This document shows, in pieces, positions 50,041 to 62,792 of a stretch of 64,000 nucleotides of DNA (positions are counted from its first letter, which is position 1; each line of letters starts with the position of its first letter). Made by a program: the position numbers and the translations under genes. The notes beneath the pieces are model-generated. The model was not told the DNA's origin. It was given only the letters and a program-made list of their open reading frames with translations, and ran no database searches. The stretch is from positions 431,330 through 495,329 of the forward strand of contig QPGO01000032.1 of NCBI GenBank assembly GCA_008632985.1, read 5' to 3'. The DNA comes from Psammoneis japonica. Taxonomy: Eukaryota.

Positions 50041-53000
50041 TTTTGCCAGGCATTGTCAAACAAACATCAAACATGACCACAAATGTTTTCCACATCAGTC
50101 ACTCCCAAGGTTTGAACTGTTGCTTAATTTCTTCTTTTAAAAGTTTGTGTTTGAGTGTGTGCCACCTTGCAATGAATGAGACAAACGCAGATTTCAGGGC
50201 TCTCATTCCAGCTCTGTTTGAGGACTTCAACCGTCACTTCTGCATTGTCACGCCAATTGCAACAGAGAATTTGATGCACTGCAAATGCAGAAATGCACAA
50301 ATTGAACAACATTTTTCATGACCAAAAGATGACAGAAAAACTCAAAGGCAATCCCCCCTTGAAACACCCCCGTCCCCCGTTGATCTTGTTGTTGTTGTTG
50401 CTTGAGTCATTGCAGCAAGAGAGAGAGAGATGAATAGAAAGAACTCAAGCAGCAGTGTTGCAAACCATGCAGATGCTCATCACTTCAGCTGCAATGTTCT
50501 CATTCCATGCTGTCTGCTGAATGACACAAAGCACAGTGGCATCACAACACACAGATGACAGAAAATGTGAAAACACGTTGACCTCTGTCCTGTGCACAGA
50601 ATGCAGGCATGTGCAGAAGACACAGGCTTGACATTCTGTGTGGTTGCAACAGAATGCAAAGAGGCATCAACACCTGTCTTGGTGGCAGGAACGGAATGTG
50701 ACCATCCCACCCTGATTGCTGACACTGCAGCGTGGAATGTGAGGGCACATTCCATGGAAAAGTCAAAAACAGAGTGCAAAAAAGGCCTCATTTTCTGCAG
50801 AACAAACAGAACGTGGAAAGAAGCATGCACTCCATGCAATTCCATGCAACTCCATTGGTTCTTGTTTCCTGTGATGTCATGGTGCAGACCATGCCTTTGC
50901 AAGCCATTTGTGCGGGGTGCTTGTGGCATCTGTGCTCATGATTCTGACACACAGACACCCACAACCTGCCCATTCTTGCCACACTTTTCTCATGTTGCCA
51001 GCACTGCCACGCTGCAGACCACAGCCAGGCCTTTTGGACATGGCAGGGCACAGGGGGGGCATCATTTTCCATTGATCGTGCCACGCAGGAGGCTCTGCAT
51101 GACATGCAGCATGCAAGCCAAGTGGCCCAGCAAAAGCCCAATCTGTGAATCGCGAACAATCTGTGTGGTTTTGTGCACAACCCATGTTGAGCACCATGTG
51201 ATGCAAACACCATGCATTGTTTTCATTCGCTTTCCTTTCTTGATGGTTGAACTTTGTCAACTTTGAATTTTCCTGCATTTCTGCATCAAACAGTGTGCTT
51301 CTGCTCCTGGAGTTGACCGCATCTTTGTTGTTTCACACAGACACATGTTGTTTGTTGCTTCTTTAAACAGTCAGGCAATGGACAATGGGCTCACATCATG
51401 TCCATCTGTGTCTCCCCCCTGCCCCCTGCCCTGACCCCAAATGGACCGGAAACAGATGGGCAAGACGAAGTCGGGGTTTGGGGCTTGCCACTTTCAAAAT
51501 CACCAAATTCACAAGGGGATCTTTCACACAAAATGACATCCAATGACTTTCACACACTTTGGAACATCACAAAAGTCACTGTCAACATGAAACATTCCAA
51601 GTTTTGCATTGCCTCAGTCATTTTCTGGTTGGGGCGCCATTGACTCCTGGCCAATCGATTGGCTGTTTCTCCATTTTGAGGTCATTTGTTTTAAAAACAT
51701 TTGAGTGCCAGCTGCACTTGTCTTTCATTTGTTGGTCTGCATCTGCAATTGTGGCATGACACTTTTTTCCATTGAAATGATGGGCACTTGGATTTTGTGC
51801 TTTTTGAGCACATGCTTGCCTTTTGTTCAAACCAGGTGGATCATGCACAAACAATCCAACCCTCTTGTTTGTTTCTGTGCCTGACAAGGACAATTGCATG
51901 GTGCAAGCCCAGATTGTTGCCATCTTGTCAAAAATCATTGTCCGATGATTGCAGTCTTCAGCTGCAATGCCTTGCACAGTCACTTGCAAGAGGAGCCTGA
52001 GAGCCTTCTTGGTGGGTCCCTCTCTTTTGTTGTTGTGTGCTCCTGAAGCAACCAAGGAACCCACTCAATGCCAATGATGTGCCCTTCATTTTCCTTTCTT
52101 CAAGCTTCTTTGTGAGACAAAGTCCTTTCTTGTTGTCCCTCTGGACAGAACCACATGAACCCAGTTGTCTCTGCAGTCAAAGTTGCTGAGAAAACCAGGC
52201 TCACAGTTGTCTCCCCTCCCCCCCTGGAGCTTGTGGTGCAAAGTCATTGTGTTGTTGCACAAAACTGGGAACTGGGTCAGCTGCATTTTTCTGACTGATT
52301 CTTGGAACTCTCTTGCAAATGAAGGCCATTGATTGACAATGCATGACCAAATGTGAGACAAGCCTTTTCCTCATGATGAGATGTGCCCAAAGACAATGAA
52401 CTCAACTTGTGAAACACAGGCTGACCTCACCCAATGACCATCAGTCCAGACTTCATCAACTCAAAATCATCTAAAAAATCATCTTCTGACAGCTCTAATT
52501 TCTCAGAAAAGCCAACAGTGTTGCTGGCCTCCTTCATCTCCACCACGTTCTCATTGAGGCTCATTGTCAGAGAGGGTGACAACCGCAAGAAAGCTTGAGA
52601 AGTGGGTCTGCATGCCTGTCAATTTGTCTCCAGCTTGCTTGATGTGAGCATCTGGACAAGCTGCCAACAAAATGTCATTGGACATCTGATCTTGAAAATC
52701 CACATGTTTGCACCTGGTGTTTTGCTTTTTTCCATTTGAGGAGATTGTTTGAGGTTGCTTGCTCGGAGCAGGACAAGGCCAAGGCCAAGGCCAATGTGCT
52801 GTTGAGGGGGGGGGGGGGGGGNNNNNNNNNNNNNNNNNNNNNNNNNNNNNNNNNNNNNNNNNNNNNNNNNNNNNNNNNNNNNNNNNNNNNNNNNNNNNNN
52901 NNNNNNNNNNNNNNNNNCAATGGCGCAGCAGGCTGTGTTGCTTGGGATGTCACTTTCCAGTGTCACCAGGCCCAGATGCAACCGTGCGCTTGTTGATTTC

Positions 53001-53190
53001 CTTCACATCATCTGCAGCCAACTTTTGAGTTGTTCAAAAGCATGAAAGAATCTCACCCACTGGATCATCTTTAAATCAGTGGTTTCCTCTGAGTTTGATG
53101 AAGCAGTTCAGCCATTCTTGACAGCTTGATGCCAGCCATTGTTCAAAGTCTTTGCGGACAAACAGCAGATGATGATGGATGCTCTTTTCG
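50041..53190. repeat. Degenerate repeat depleted of TpA and CpG, right flank of the nested element
   Basis: About 8 TA in about 3.1 kb, nearly all TTAA/CTAA. CG is sparse and TG/CA is very high. Confidence 0.6.
52822..52917. other. Assembly gap (96 N) preceded by a poly-G run
   Basis: Run of N in the sequence. Confidence 0.99.
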
Positions 53191-53498
53191 ATTAGTGGCA
53201 TAGAGTGTTTTATCTTAAATGTACATGTTCATGAAGGCAATGAGACACAGCCGTTCAGCGAAGCGTCCAGTGCGTCGTCTCGTTGTTCGTCGTGGTGTCT
53301 TGTTGGTCCTGTGAGTCGTCACCCATGAAGAGCGATCATTGCGGTGGCGCGCTAAACGTTATTTTCGGGGGCGGCAGTCAGTGCGGCACATAGCCATACT
53401 CCAATACATGCATCCCTTGTTACTTGTTACGGCCAGCACTGTAGTCAGTAACGCACACCAGTTGCAGTTCCGATTCCAACCCATAAAGAAAGAATAGC

Positions 53499-54928
53499 AT
53501 GAGCACAGACATTTCCATAAGGTCCGAGGACGGTAGGGAAAAGTTTCTGTCTGAAATAGCGAAACATCAAAAGTTCAAGGATGTTTATCTCAAACCTGCT
53601 GGCATCCAGGCAGATATACAATTGCAAGAAGCAGCAAATGCCTTGAAGAAAGGTCCGGTTCCAAAGGAAATAGGTACATTGAGGTTTGAAAACTATTGGT
53701 ACAATGGAGAGGGGGTCAAGATAATTACGGAGCAGCTGTTGAGTTCGTGCATTTTGGAGGGCTTGGAATTTTTTACCTACCGCAATGTTGCGCCTAGTTT
53801 CATGGCGTTTTGGGCGTAAATCAAAGATAACAACACTTTGAAGAGATTAACATTGTCGAACTATTTGATCAAGCACCAAGATTGGTGTGCACTTGGAGAA
53901 GCATTGGTGGTTAATCATACATTGGAACAACTCGAATTGAGAAGGTACCCCGGTTCCGTGGAAAGCAGGCGAGGTGCCGAGAACAAAAAAGTTGAATTCT
54001 TCGCTTCGCTATCGAAAAACCATTCGTTGAAGTTACTACGCTTGAACGACTTTTCACTTGGCGTGGCTGATGGAAAGGCACTTGGTGAGGCGTTAGCTAA
54101 AAACAAGAGCCTTGAATCTCTGCAACTGCATTCTGTAGCACTTATGGATGATCCCATCGCGGAGACAATGTTCGGGGATGAAGTGTGTCGTCCCCTTGCT
54201 CAGGCTCTCGCGGTGAACAAGTCTCTGATCGATTTAAAGCTTCCTTGTAAAGCAGGGAGAGGATTTGCGGAAATGATGCAATTCTCATGTTCATCAATAG
54301 CACTCTGAAGACTTTGTCGCTGAAGGGCAGCGACATTGGTTTGGAAGGTGCAATTCTCATGAAAGATATGCTCCTGATCAATAAGTCACTGGAGAAACTG
54401 GACTTGAGCTATTGCCCGTCGATTACAAGACAGGGTGTCACTGTAATTACAGAAGGCCTAAAGGGTAACTCTACGTTGAAGGAGATCCGTTTCTGCCGGG
54501 ATGTGAGGGGATTGCGCGTAACATCCAGAATCAGAAATATGCTCGCGGAAGGAAAAAACAAAACTCTTGTTCATGCAAGCTTCGGAGACACCTTTGCCGT
54601 TACGTCAAAACAAAAAGCGATCTTCGACGACATTGATTACTACTGCAGCCGAAACTCGGTGGGTTATTGGGATTGGTGTACCGACACCCACGAAGTCGGC
54701 TTTCCTGCTGCTCTTTGGCCTTATGCGTTAACCAGTATTCGGTACCACGATGTCAATGTACTTGGTCATACCTCTTTGCTGTACGAGTTTATCAGGCAGA
54801 AACCAGAAATATTTGAAAGGGGGCCCAATCGAAGATCATCACCGCCGCCCAAAAAGCCTGAAGTCGTTCATGGTGAAACAACAATGCGTGGAACAAAGCG
54901 TTCTATCGATGATCTATCGGATGTGTAG
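53499..54928 (+). pseudogene. Inverted paralogue of the LRR gene at 35005-36435, with nonsense codon and frameshift
   Basis: Near-identical protein. TCA>TAA at 53817-53819 and a 1-bp deletion near 54282 relative to the left copy. Confidence 0.85.
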
Positions 54929-55406
54929 CATAGATTGTTTATGACGAAATTAGTACTTCTAAGAGAAAGCGGGAAGTATGTTACTATAGAGGTCGCAAAT
55001 CCCAGATTACAGCACGTCAAGTACGCATATTAGAGCCAGCGATGACGTTGCATGTATGCTGCATGTGCTTAAAAGCTTATACGGTACTGTCTACTCCAAC
55101 TCCAAAGAGTGATAGGGCACGCCTACTTAGTTATACAGTACAGTAGTTAGACATCAGGTTTGGTAACATCCTCAAATCAGTCTAGTCGTCTCGGTGTGAT
55201 ACCTGGATGCGATGGGTCATGCTTCGATTCCGACACGCGGACACCAACAACCTCCGCCACAGATTTTTCTCACTTCGTCAGTGCAAGGAGACAACGCGAC
55301 ACGCGACGAAGGCAAAGGCAAAGCACAGATAGCCTGAAAGGGGACAAAGCAGCAGCACATTCTATTCATTAGTCAATCGATAATTACTTCTTGTCTCAAT
55401 TCAACC

Positions 55407-56070
55407 ATGTCGTTTCGTTCTACAGCGATACGCTTCATGTCAGCCAAGAGCAAGCAGGCGGCTGCTGCTGCGGAGAAACAGGCCAAACTCCGTGCTGCCA
55501 ATGAGGAAATGAAAAAGTACTTTCAAAACAGCAACCCCGTCCAGTTGTTGGAGGCCAATCGTCGTCGAAGTGCAACACGTGAATCCGAACATAAAATACA
55601 AATGGGAATGGGTAAGCTTCGTTTTGCAAGCATCAATGACCTGGCATACGTACATCGGTTACAGCAGTTTCTCCGAAGCGACTGTCCTCTTATTATCATT
55701 GCTCACAAGTTCCTTTTCAACGACTTATCATATTGTTTACAGCTGCTGCCTTTATATTTGCAATATTCACTGCACCATTGTTGGGGAAGCGTATTGCAAA
55801 GGACGAAGAGTTCCGAAGGGACTATATTCCTTCATGGTTTGACTATTCCATGCCGAAGCCACCCAAGAGCGAGTTTTCTAAGGATGAGCTCATTGCAAAG
55901 ATTAAAGCCATGCAAAAGGAGATGCATGAGAAGCGCCTTAGAGGCGAGTTGAGTGACGAAAATTAAATTATATGTCGAGACACTTTGCTGGGACCGACCC
56001 GGAGAAGGATGTTCATGGTTGGGGCAAGTTTCATCCCGGAGTCGAGGATGACGAAGATGTAGAAGATTGA
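55407..56070 (+). CDS. Small hypothetical protein, mitochondrial-type presequence and one TM helix, intron about 55612-55742
   Basis: MSFRSTAIRFMSAK start, gtaag donor, and second exon AAAFIFAIFTAPLLGKRIAKDEEFRR. Probable frameshift near 55960. Confidence 0.65.
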
Positions 56071-56207
56071 GAGGGAAATGATGCTATAAAGCATTCCAGC
56101 AAGAGTCTAAGTAGTTTATAAACAAGTGTCGATAATCTGATAGCACGCCATAAGTAGGTCTTCCTCTATCTCTAACAGAGAGAGGAAGCAAGTAGACCGC
56201 TTTTTCT

Positions 56208-57223
56208 CTAATCGTCCTCGAGATCATCCAGGTCATCATCGTCACCCTCTAAAAACAAATCACTCTGTACCTTGGTTGCAACCTCCTCAACTCCAGCGTC
56301 GCTTGTTCCTGGTGGTTTCTCTTCTTGTGCAGTGTCGTTATCCAAGTCGTCATCTTTGAACAAGTCACGCTTGTATTCAAACAAGTCTCGTCCAGAAAGC
56401 ACACCCAATCCTTTGCCACCCTTTTTCTTTTTGAGTTCTGCCTCTACTAATTTCTTTGCCTCTTGCAATCGCTTTTGACGTTTGCGTTCTTGCCATTCCT
56501 TGAATGTCTTTTCTGTGACGGGAGTACCCTTGATGCCTTTGCGTTTCAATTCAGCTACCTTTGCCTGCCGCTGCGATTCAATTTCATCTTCCAATGTCGG
56601 AACGTAATTGGGCTAGAATACAAGTAGAACAGCAGAACGTGAGTAAACACAAATAATATGTAAGAAATGAGAAGATTCAAACTGGTATTTCATTACGTAC
56701 GTCCTCTTTGAGCCTGTCCTCCATTTCTTTGGCGTCCATCTGATACATCCTGGGCGTTGCAAAGAAAACAGTTTTGAGCAACGGAACAACAATCACCAGA
56801 GTACAAACCATAAGTGATTCATTCTTACATTTTCATAGCCCGACTGGTACCAGCCTTTTTGTTATCGTCGTCATGATCTCGTCCTTTGGCTTCAACTTGT
56901 CCGGCCTTTTTATCCGTCGATTTGCCCTTTTTCTGAACCGCCAGTAGTGCTTCTCCAAACAAGGCATTTCGTTCTTCGTCCATGGCTTTCTTTCTCGCCT
57001 TGGCATTGGCCTTTTTTCGTTTCCGTTCTTCTTCTGCCTTGCGTAATTTGGGATCGCCCGAGTTCATCACATTCTTTTGAACCGATTGAATATGAGCCTG
57101 AACCTTTTTCGATTTGTTCTTGTTTTTGAGTCCGAACGTCTTGTCTTCAATTATTTTTTCCTTCTTTTTCATTGCCGACTTTTTCGACTCTTGATCCTTC
57201 TTCTTTTTCGTTTTGGTCGGCAT
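56208..57223 (-). CDS. ZC3H15/Tma46 (DFRP1)-like translation-associated protein, 3 exons
   Basis: KKKEKIIEDKTFGLKNKNKSKKVQ N-terminal motif. TLEDEIE..R, TPVTEKTFKEW and LSGRDLFEY DFRP motifs. Introns at 56750-56828 and 56613-56700 join in frame. Confidence 0.85.
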
Positions 57224-57649
57224 GGTTGTTGTGTGTTTGCTTTATTTTGTAACGCAGTGTGTGTTTAGTTTGTCACTGCAATGCTTTCTCAAAGTCTCGA
57301 GATGATTATTTGAACTCAGACAGTAGGAACCTGAAGATGGTATCAGACGTAAACTTGCTCGGTTCTTTCGCTAATAGATAGGGCGTATAAGGGGTTGTAA
57401 TGATTTCAAACAGGCGACAGGTCTTGTAATGACGCTTCTGTATTCACTCTACGCGAGTAAAGTGGGTCGACATAAACGCAAAAAAAATGTGTGCGCCATG
57501 GTCGTTCGTGCGTTGTTCGTTCAGACCGCCCTCCCGCCACACGTCTGAGGATCGGAAGGAAGGACAGACTTTGGAGGGAGTTTTTTCATTTCAAAATTTC
57601 GAAGTGCCAATAGTACTTTTGAAAAGACTACACTACCGTATGAGTTACA

Positions 57650-58960
57650 TTACTCCTTTGCCCACGATGGCATCATGTCATGAAACACACCCTCATTTGC
57701 CATTTTTGTAAGTCTGTAAAAATCTCTGAGATTGCCTTGCAGTTCCTGCACCAACTCTTCAGGACCAAAATCAATCGGTACATGCACCGTCACTCGAGCG
57801 TTTTCGGCAAAGGTAAAGTGAAAGCCACTTTCTTTCATTTTTCGTTTTCGCTTGTTCAAAGCCGACCCCGACGTGTTGAAGGACCGTGCTGGCAACAATA
57901 TCAAGACAATGTCGTCCCACATTTTCCCCATGTCTTCCATTTCCAACTCGTCAAAATTGTCATGGAGAACCAAGGACAATCGTCGCAGGGTCGGCAATTG
58001 ATCCAATAAGTCAATCGATGGGTCGACACGGACTCGACTCACAATGCCATCCACGTAGGTTTGTCGTCGTTTCGGACTGTCACCGATCCAGCCGGTCGTT
58101 TGCAAATCAATTTCAGCATCACGATAGGCCTCTTGATATATTTGCTCAAGTTTCTTATGATTGATGGATCGGACAAACTTGCGTCTTGATCGTTCGTAGC
58201 GACCGTGGATAATGGGACGTTGCAAGTCATTGGCAAACCGAGTCGGCGTTGTAAAGGAGGAGGAAGATGGAGAACCATGCTTGTCCTGTTCTAAAAATTC
58301 CAATTCCTTTTCCCATAGTTCATCGATATTCTCCTCTTCAATTTCGTCTAGACTAGTATCTATGGGTAATCCTGCAATTCCCAAGACATTTTGTATTTGA
58401 TTTCGAGCAATCCTCGTGAGTGCCGCCACGGCCGAATTGTATTCTTGTTCAGTTGAGTAAATGGACAAGGCTTGTTGTAGCTTGTAGGAAGGCATGGCCA
58501 ATTCAATACGTCGTCGAGTCGCAATACTACTATCCTGTGGTGAAGATGCGGTGGTCATTAAAAACTCAATCATGATTGGTTGTTTGGGCCACTCCACAGT
58601 GCGTAGCGGGCGCTGAGGCGACAAGGATGATGTTTGCTGAATCAAGTCGACATAGGCATTCAAATTTTGTATTGCCGTCAGATTGACTCGTTTTGCCAGA
58701 GAAGACGTCTGAACATCCGGATGGCACTTTAGGTAAAAGGGTTTTAGCATCTTTTTGAGATTTGAAATGCTATTGTTGATGCTGTTTTCGGTGCTTTCAT
58801 GAGAAGAAAACCATTTCTGTTGCTGTTGTTGTCTGTTGAAGTGATTGACTGGCTTTCCAACTGCATGAGGACTGAGTATTCTATTTGCAGATACCACATC
58901 GCATCGTCTTTGACATGTTGCGGAGAAGAAAGTGGTTGCTATTGACTTCAACATCGCCAT
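57650..58960 (-). CDS. TCAIM/DUF4460-like mitochondrial protein
   Basis: Transit-peptide-like N-terminus, then LKPFYLKCHPD..VNLTAIQNLN (DUF4460 J-like motif). Intact 436-aa ORF. Confidence 0.7.
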   Translation of the reverse strand: MAMLKSIATTFFSATCQRRCDVVSANRILSPHAVGKPVNHFNRQQQQQKWFSSHESTENSINNSISNLKKMLKPFYLKCHPDVQTSSLAKRVNLTAIQNLNAYVDLIQQTSSLSPQRPLRTVEWPKQPIMIEFLMTTASSPQDSSIATRRRIELAMPSYKLQQALSIYSTEQEYNSAVAALTRIARNQIQNVLGIAGLPIDTSLDEIEEENIDELWEKELEFLEQDKHGSPSSSSFTTPTRFANDLQRPIIHGRYERSRRKFVRSINHKKLEQIYQEAYRDAEIDLQTTGWIGDSPKRRQTYVDGIVSRVRVDPSIDLLDQLPTLRRLSLVLHDNFDELEMEDMGKMWDDIVLILLPARSFNTSGSALNKRKRKMKESGFHFTFAENARVTVHVPIDFGPEELVQELQGNLRDFYRLTKMANEGVFHDMMPSWAKE

Positions 58961-59206
58961 CGTTATAGCCGCGTACCGTTACTGTACTGTACACGGATTT
59001 GGAGATTGGGCTGATTTCGCGTCAGGTCCGGTGTCTCTTTTATGACCTTCGCATATGGATATAATTTATAGACTTTCCCCACCACTCATTTATCACGAGG
59101 TCTTCTCGAGCTCCGAATCACAGAAAACTGAGCGCCGGGATGATGCTGTGCCAATGAGCCGAGCCGCAGTGATTGCGTTGCCATAAACACGAGAACGGCA
59201 ACAAAG

Positions 59207-62200
59207 ATGCGTCCCATCTTCCATAAAACGTTACTTTTGTTCCTTACCTTACAATATGCCTACTCGTTTCTTTTGAATAGAGGTTGGAACGCTCCAACGA
59301 GCCGCACAAGTTTGCGTCGACCGTATCCTTTTCTGCTTGAAATCAAAAGATCTGCTGCTCGGCTCCACGTTTCGAGGACACCTTCTTCTTCTTCCAACAA
59401 TGGCGTCTCATCAAATGACAAGAATAATGAGGAACGCGTTGTGGTGTATCAAAAGATTGTATCGACTCCGCCCAAGGTGGATGCAGTGTTTTTTCTGGGA
59501 CACCTGGTCGATTACTTGACTGAGTACTTTGTTTTGCCCTCCAATCTACCCATTCCGTTTCAAGTTGTACCCGAAAATCAAGACGAAGCGAGTGTCAATG
59601 TCGTTGTCACGTGGGACTCACCACTCTCATCTAATTCGGAAACCACAAAACTACACGTTGAAGTGGTTGGGATTTTCACGTCGTCTGACGAGAAAAACAA
59701 CGACACTACCGAATCGTCTGTTCCAAACATGGCCATGGTGGTTGTCAAAAAGAAAAAGGACGTAGTACAAGGTACATCGTCGTTGCCCATCATGATGAAG
59801 AATTTGTTTGATGATTCCGAACGACAAATACTCAAGGCGCTCGATGTGGGTTTGGAAGATTTTGTGGCTGGGAAAATCAAAATGAAATCGCAGCAGACGA
59901 GACCTGACAATTATGAGAATGCGCAACAAGCTATTCAAGCGGAAGTGTTGGAACAAGAGGAACAGGATACTGTTTTTGATGGGAAAGGAGGTAGAGCAAC
60001 GGTAGCACCAGAGGACGTGCTGATTGACACTACAGCCGTACCATCAAATCCAGAGCCTACACCCAACGTAGCAAAGGAGAATGGTATTGAGGATTACGCT
60101 GTCAATGCTGCCAGGAAGGCACAGGAACTTTACAAGAAGAAAAAGAAACAAGATAGGGTAGCAGTCGCCACAAACTCGGTTCTCGAAAGCACAGAAACCA
60201 AGGGCGATTTTGCTGTGGAGGCTGCCAAACGTATCGCAAAACTTGAAGCGAAAAATAAACCACGAAAGACACGACAAAGGACATTGGCAAGACGAAGCCA
60301 CAGAGCCGCATCTCGTCCAATCCTACAAATAGTGGGGCAAATGGGTTTCGAGCCACCATTTCTACTCCGCGAACGTGGCAAAAGAACAAGGCCAAGAGGC
60401 TGGCTACTGCCGAAGTGACGAAAAAGAAAGTCGTCAACAACAACAAAAACAACGGCAAGATTGATTCTGATGATCGTGTTAAACAACGCTCTTTGGAGGT
60501 TATTCCCGAACCCTCAACTGACGTCGACAATGCCGTTTCTACCAAGTCTGATTCGACGCGTGATATTATTGATGCACAAGTTGTAAAGCCCAAGAATAAG
60601 ACTCCAAAGGTCGACACAAAGCGAAAGGTCAACTTGCGAGTTGTGGATAATACCAATATCGAGTCCTCGGCAGAAAACGAACAACTTCCTTTTGAACAAA
60701 TTATTGAATCAAAGGATGATGACGACGACAAGCAGTACAAGATTAAGGAGCTACCCAAAACACAAGTCAAAGCCGATAAAAAAGAAAAGCCGCGCAACAA
60801 GAAGAAAAAGACTGTATCCAAGGAACAAATGGAACGCGATGTCATGGAAGCTGCACAAAAGGTAATGTCGGAAATGACTTCCGACAAGAACGACATTTAT
60901 CCCGAGGAACTGTTGCAGGACGTGGTGGAATTTGGCAAGGCCAAGATAAGGAAGAAGCCGTGGGTCAAGGATTTGCCAGTGGTGCCTTTGAAAAGGCAAA
61001 GGAATTGTTGCAAGAACGTCAAGCGATTCGTGAGCAAGGAAATCAAAGAGTCGGACTCGAATACAAAGAAGTCAATCGAGACGTATCCAGCTCGTTGCGA
61101 CCAAATATTATGGACGCCAAAAACGCAGGAGATGGTACGGTCAACGAAGGAAAAAAGAATTGTCGGCCGAAGAAGAGTTGAAGCGTATCTTTCAGCTGGG
61201 GAACAAATGGCCGAAGGACGTATTACCACAATGTCCGAAGAGCCGGCTGATACACTAACGACTGCTGAAAATTCCAAAACCGCCGCCGAAAAAGAGGTCG
61301 ATGAATTGATTGCATCAGAAAGACCATTTCTAGTTATGCGAGAATACTGGATGAAGATTTGGCGGAGCTTGAGGTTCGTATCAACAATCCCCGGGAGAGG
61401 AAGTCGACGGTCCAAGGAAGAATCCTGTCTTTGACATTTTCTCTGGTCCAGAGCTGTACAATCCCAATGTCGACCCAGAAACTGCGGTGAACTGGCCAGG
61501 CGCGCAACCGGGAACCAAAGATGTCCGGCTTGCCAAGGAACTCGATGAAGCTGTCAAACAGGCCAAGTTTGCAGCAGGAGCATTGCTGGAGATGAGAGAG
61601 AAGCGGACGAAGACTCGACAGAGAAGCGTTGCTATGTTGGAAAGAAGGACTCTCTCGTGAGCAGTTTCAATCTTCGTCAATGCGTGGATGAAGCGGTGCA
61701 GGTTGGTCTCATCAGCGACCCGCTTGTGCTTTTGAGTGAGCGTTCCCGACTGCAGATGGTGTTGGATGAGCTGGCAAATCAGCCCGAGGAGCGCATCCAA
61801 GACATTATTTCCAACTACAAGGATTTGCTTCTATCCGAAAATTTCGTGGCGCTAGTTCAAGATAGATTAACTGCAATGGCTGACAAGGACCTTGAGGCCT
61901 TGAGACAAGACGACACGTCCTTGGAAGAGCCACATGCAAAGGAGCGCGAGCTTCTTGGTCATCTTGTGAATTATGCACAGACGTTGCTCAAGGAGACGCG
62001 TGCGCTCGGTGCAGAGTTGGAGGCCGCTCAATTGGAAATTGTCCGTTCCATCTGCGAGGTCGCCATGGATCCAGCACATCAAACAGAGGAGGAGACAGCC
62101 ATAGCACTGGCCGATGCAGTCAGAGACATGCGTCCCATGTTGGACGATACCTTTGTCGCATATCTCAAGTATGCAGTGGCTGAAGAAGAGGGTCGGTTGG

Positions 62201-62711
62201 CCCGCGCCGGTGTCCTTGACGACCCCGAACACAACGAATGGCTATTTGTACTCAAGATTGTGCAACAAGGAGTTTATGCTGAAATCTCGCGAGGTATCAG
62301 CCGTTACATAGACCACATTGGCTACGTGCTGCGCATGGAGACAAAAGAGGATCGACGTGCGCTGTTGAAAAAGTTCATTGACGTAATGCCCACCATGGAC
62401 GTCCGACCATTGTTCAGGTTGTTGATAACATTGCTGGTTCGCTGGGAGACAGTGTACGGGGTGAATTTGATGGTGGAGTGACCTTGGCGAAATGTCAAAC
62501 AAATACTGCAGCTTCGTCGTGATACCCATGACTTGTTGCCGCCCGAGAGGATAAAGCTCATGAGTCGCGATGCCGATGAGTGGGCCGCCGAGCAACGCAA
62601 ACGTCTCATGCAGCAAAGAAAGACAGCTCAACAACGGTTAAGGCAGCTCAAGAGACAAAGTCGTACGACGAAGAACTGAGAAGTCGAGGGGAGGTGGAGA
62701 GAATGGACTAG
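59207..62711 (+). CDS. Large hypothetical protein with signal peptide + SF motif (likely plastid-targeted); several frameshifts
   Basis: MRPIFHKTLLLFLTLQYAYSFL start. Consecutive long same-strand ORFs (403, 339 and 274 aa) linked by single-base frame changes. Helical C-terminal domain. Confidence 0.65.
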
Positions 62712-62792
62712 AGATAGCTAAGAGCGACAATAAGTGAAGCGTGGTTGTTATTCAAACCTTCAGCCTTTTGTTTCTACTGTCTCGTAGACATT

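Noticed and set aside
52806..52821. Poly-G run as a G-quadruplex or telomere-like feature
   Set aside because: It abuts the assembly gap and is probably a contig-end artefact.
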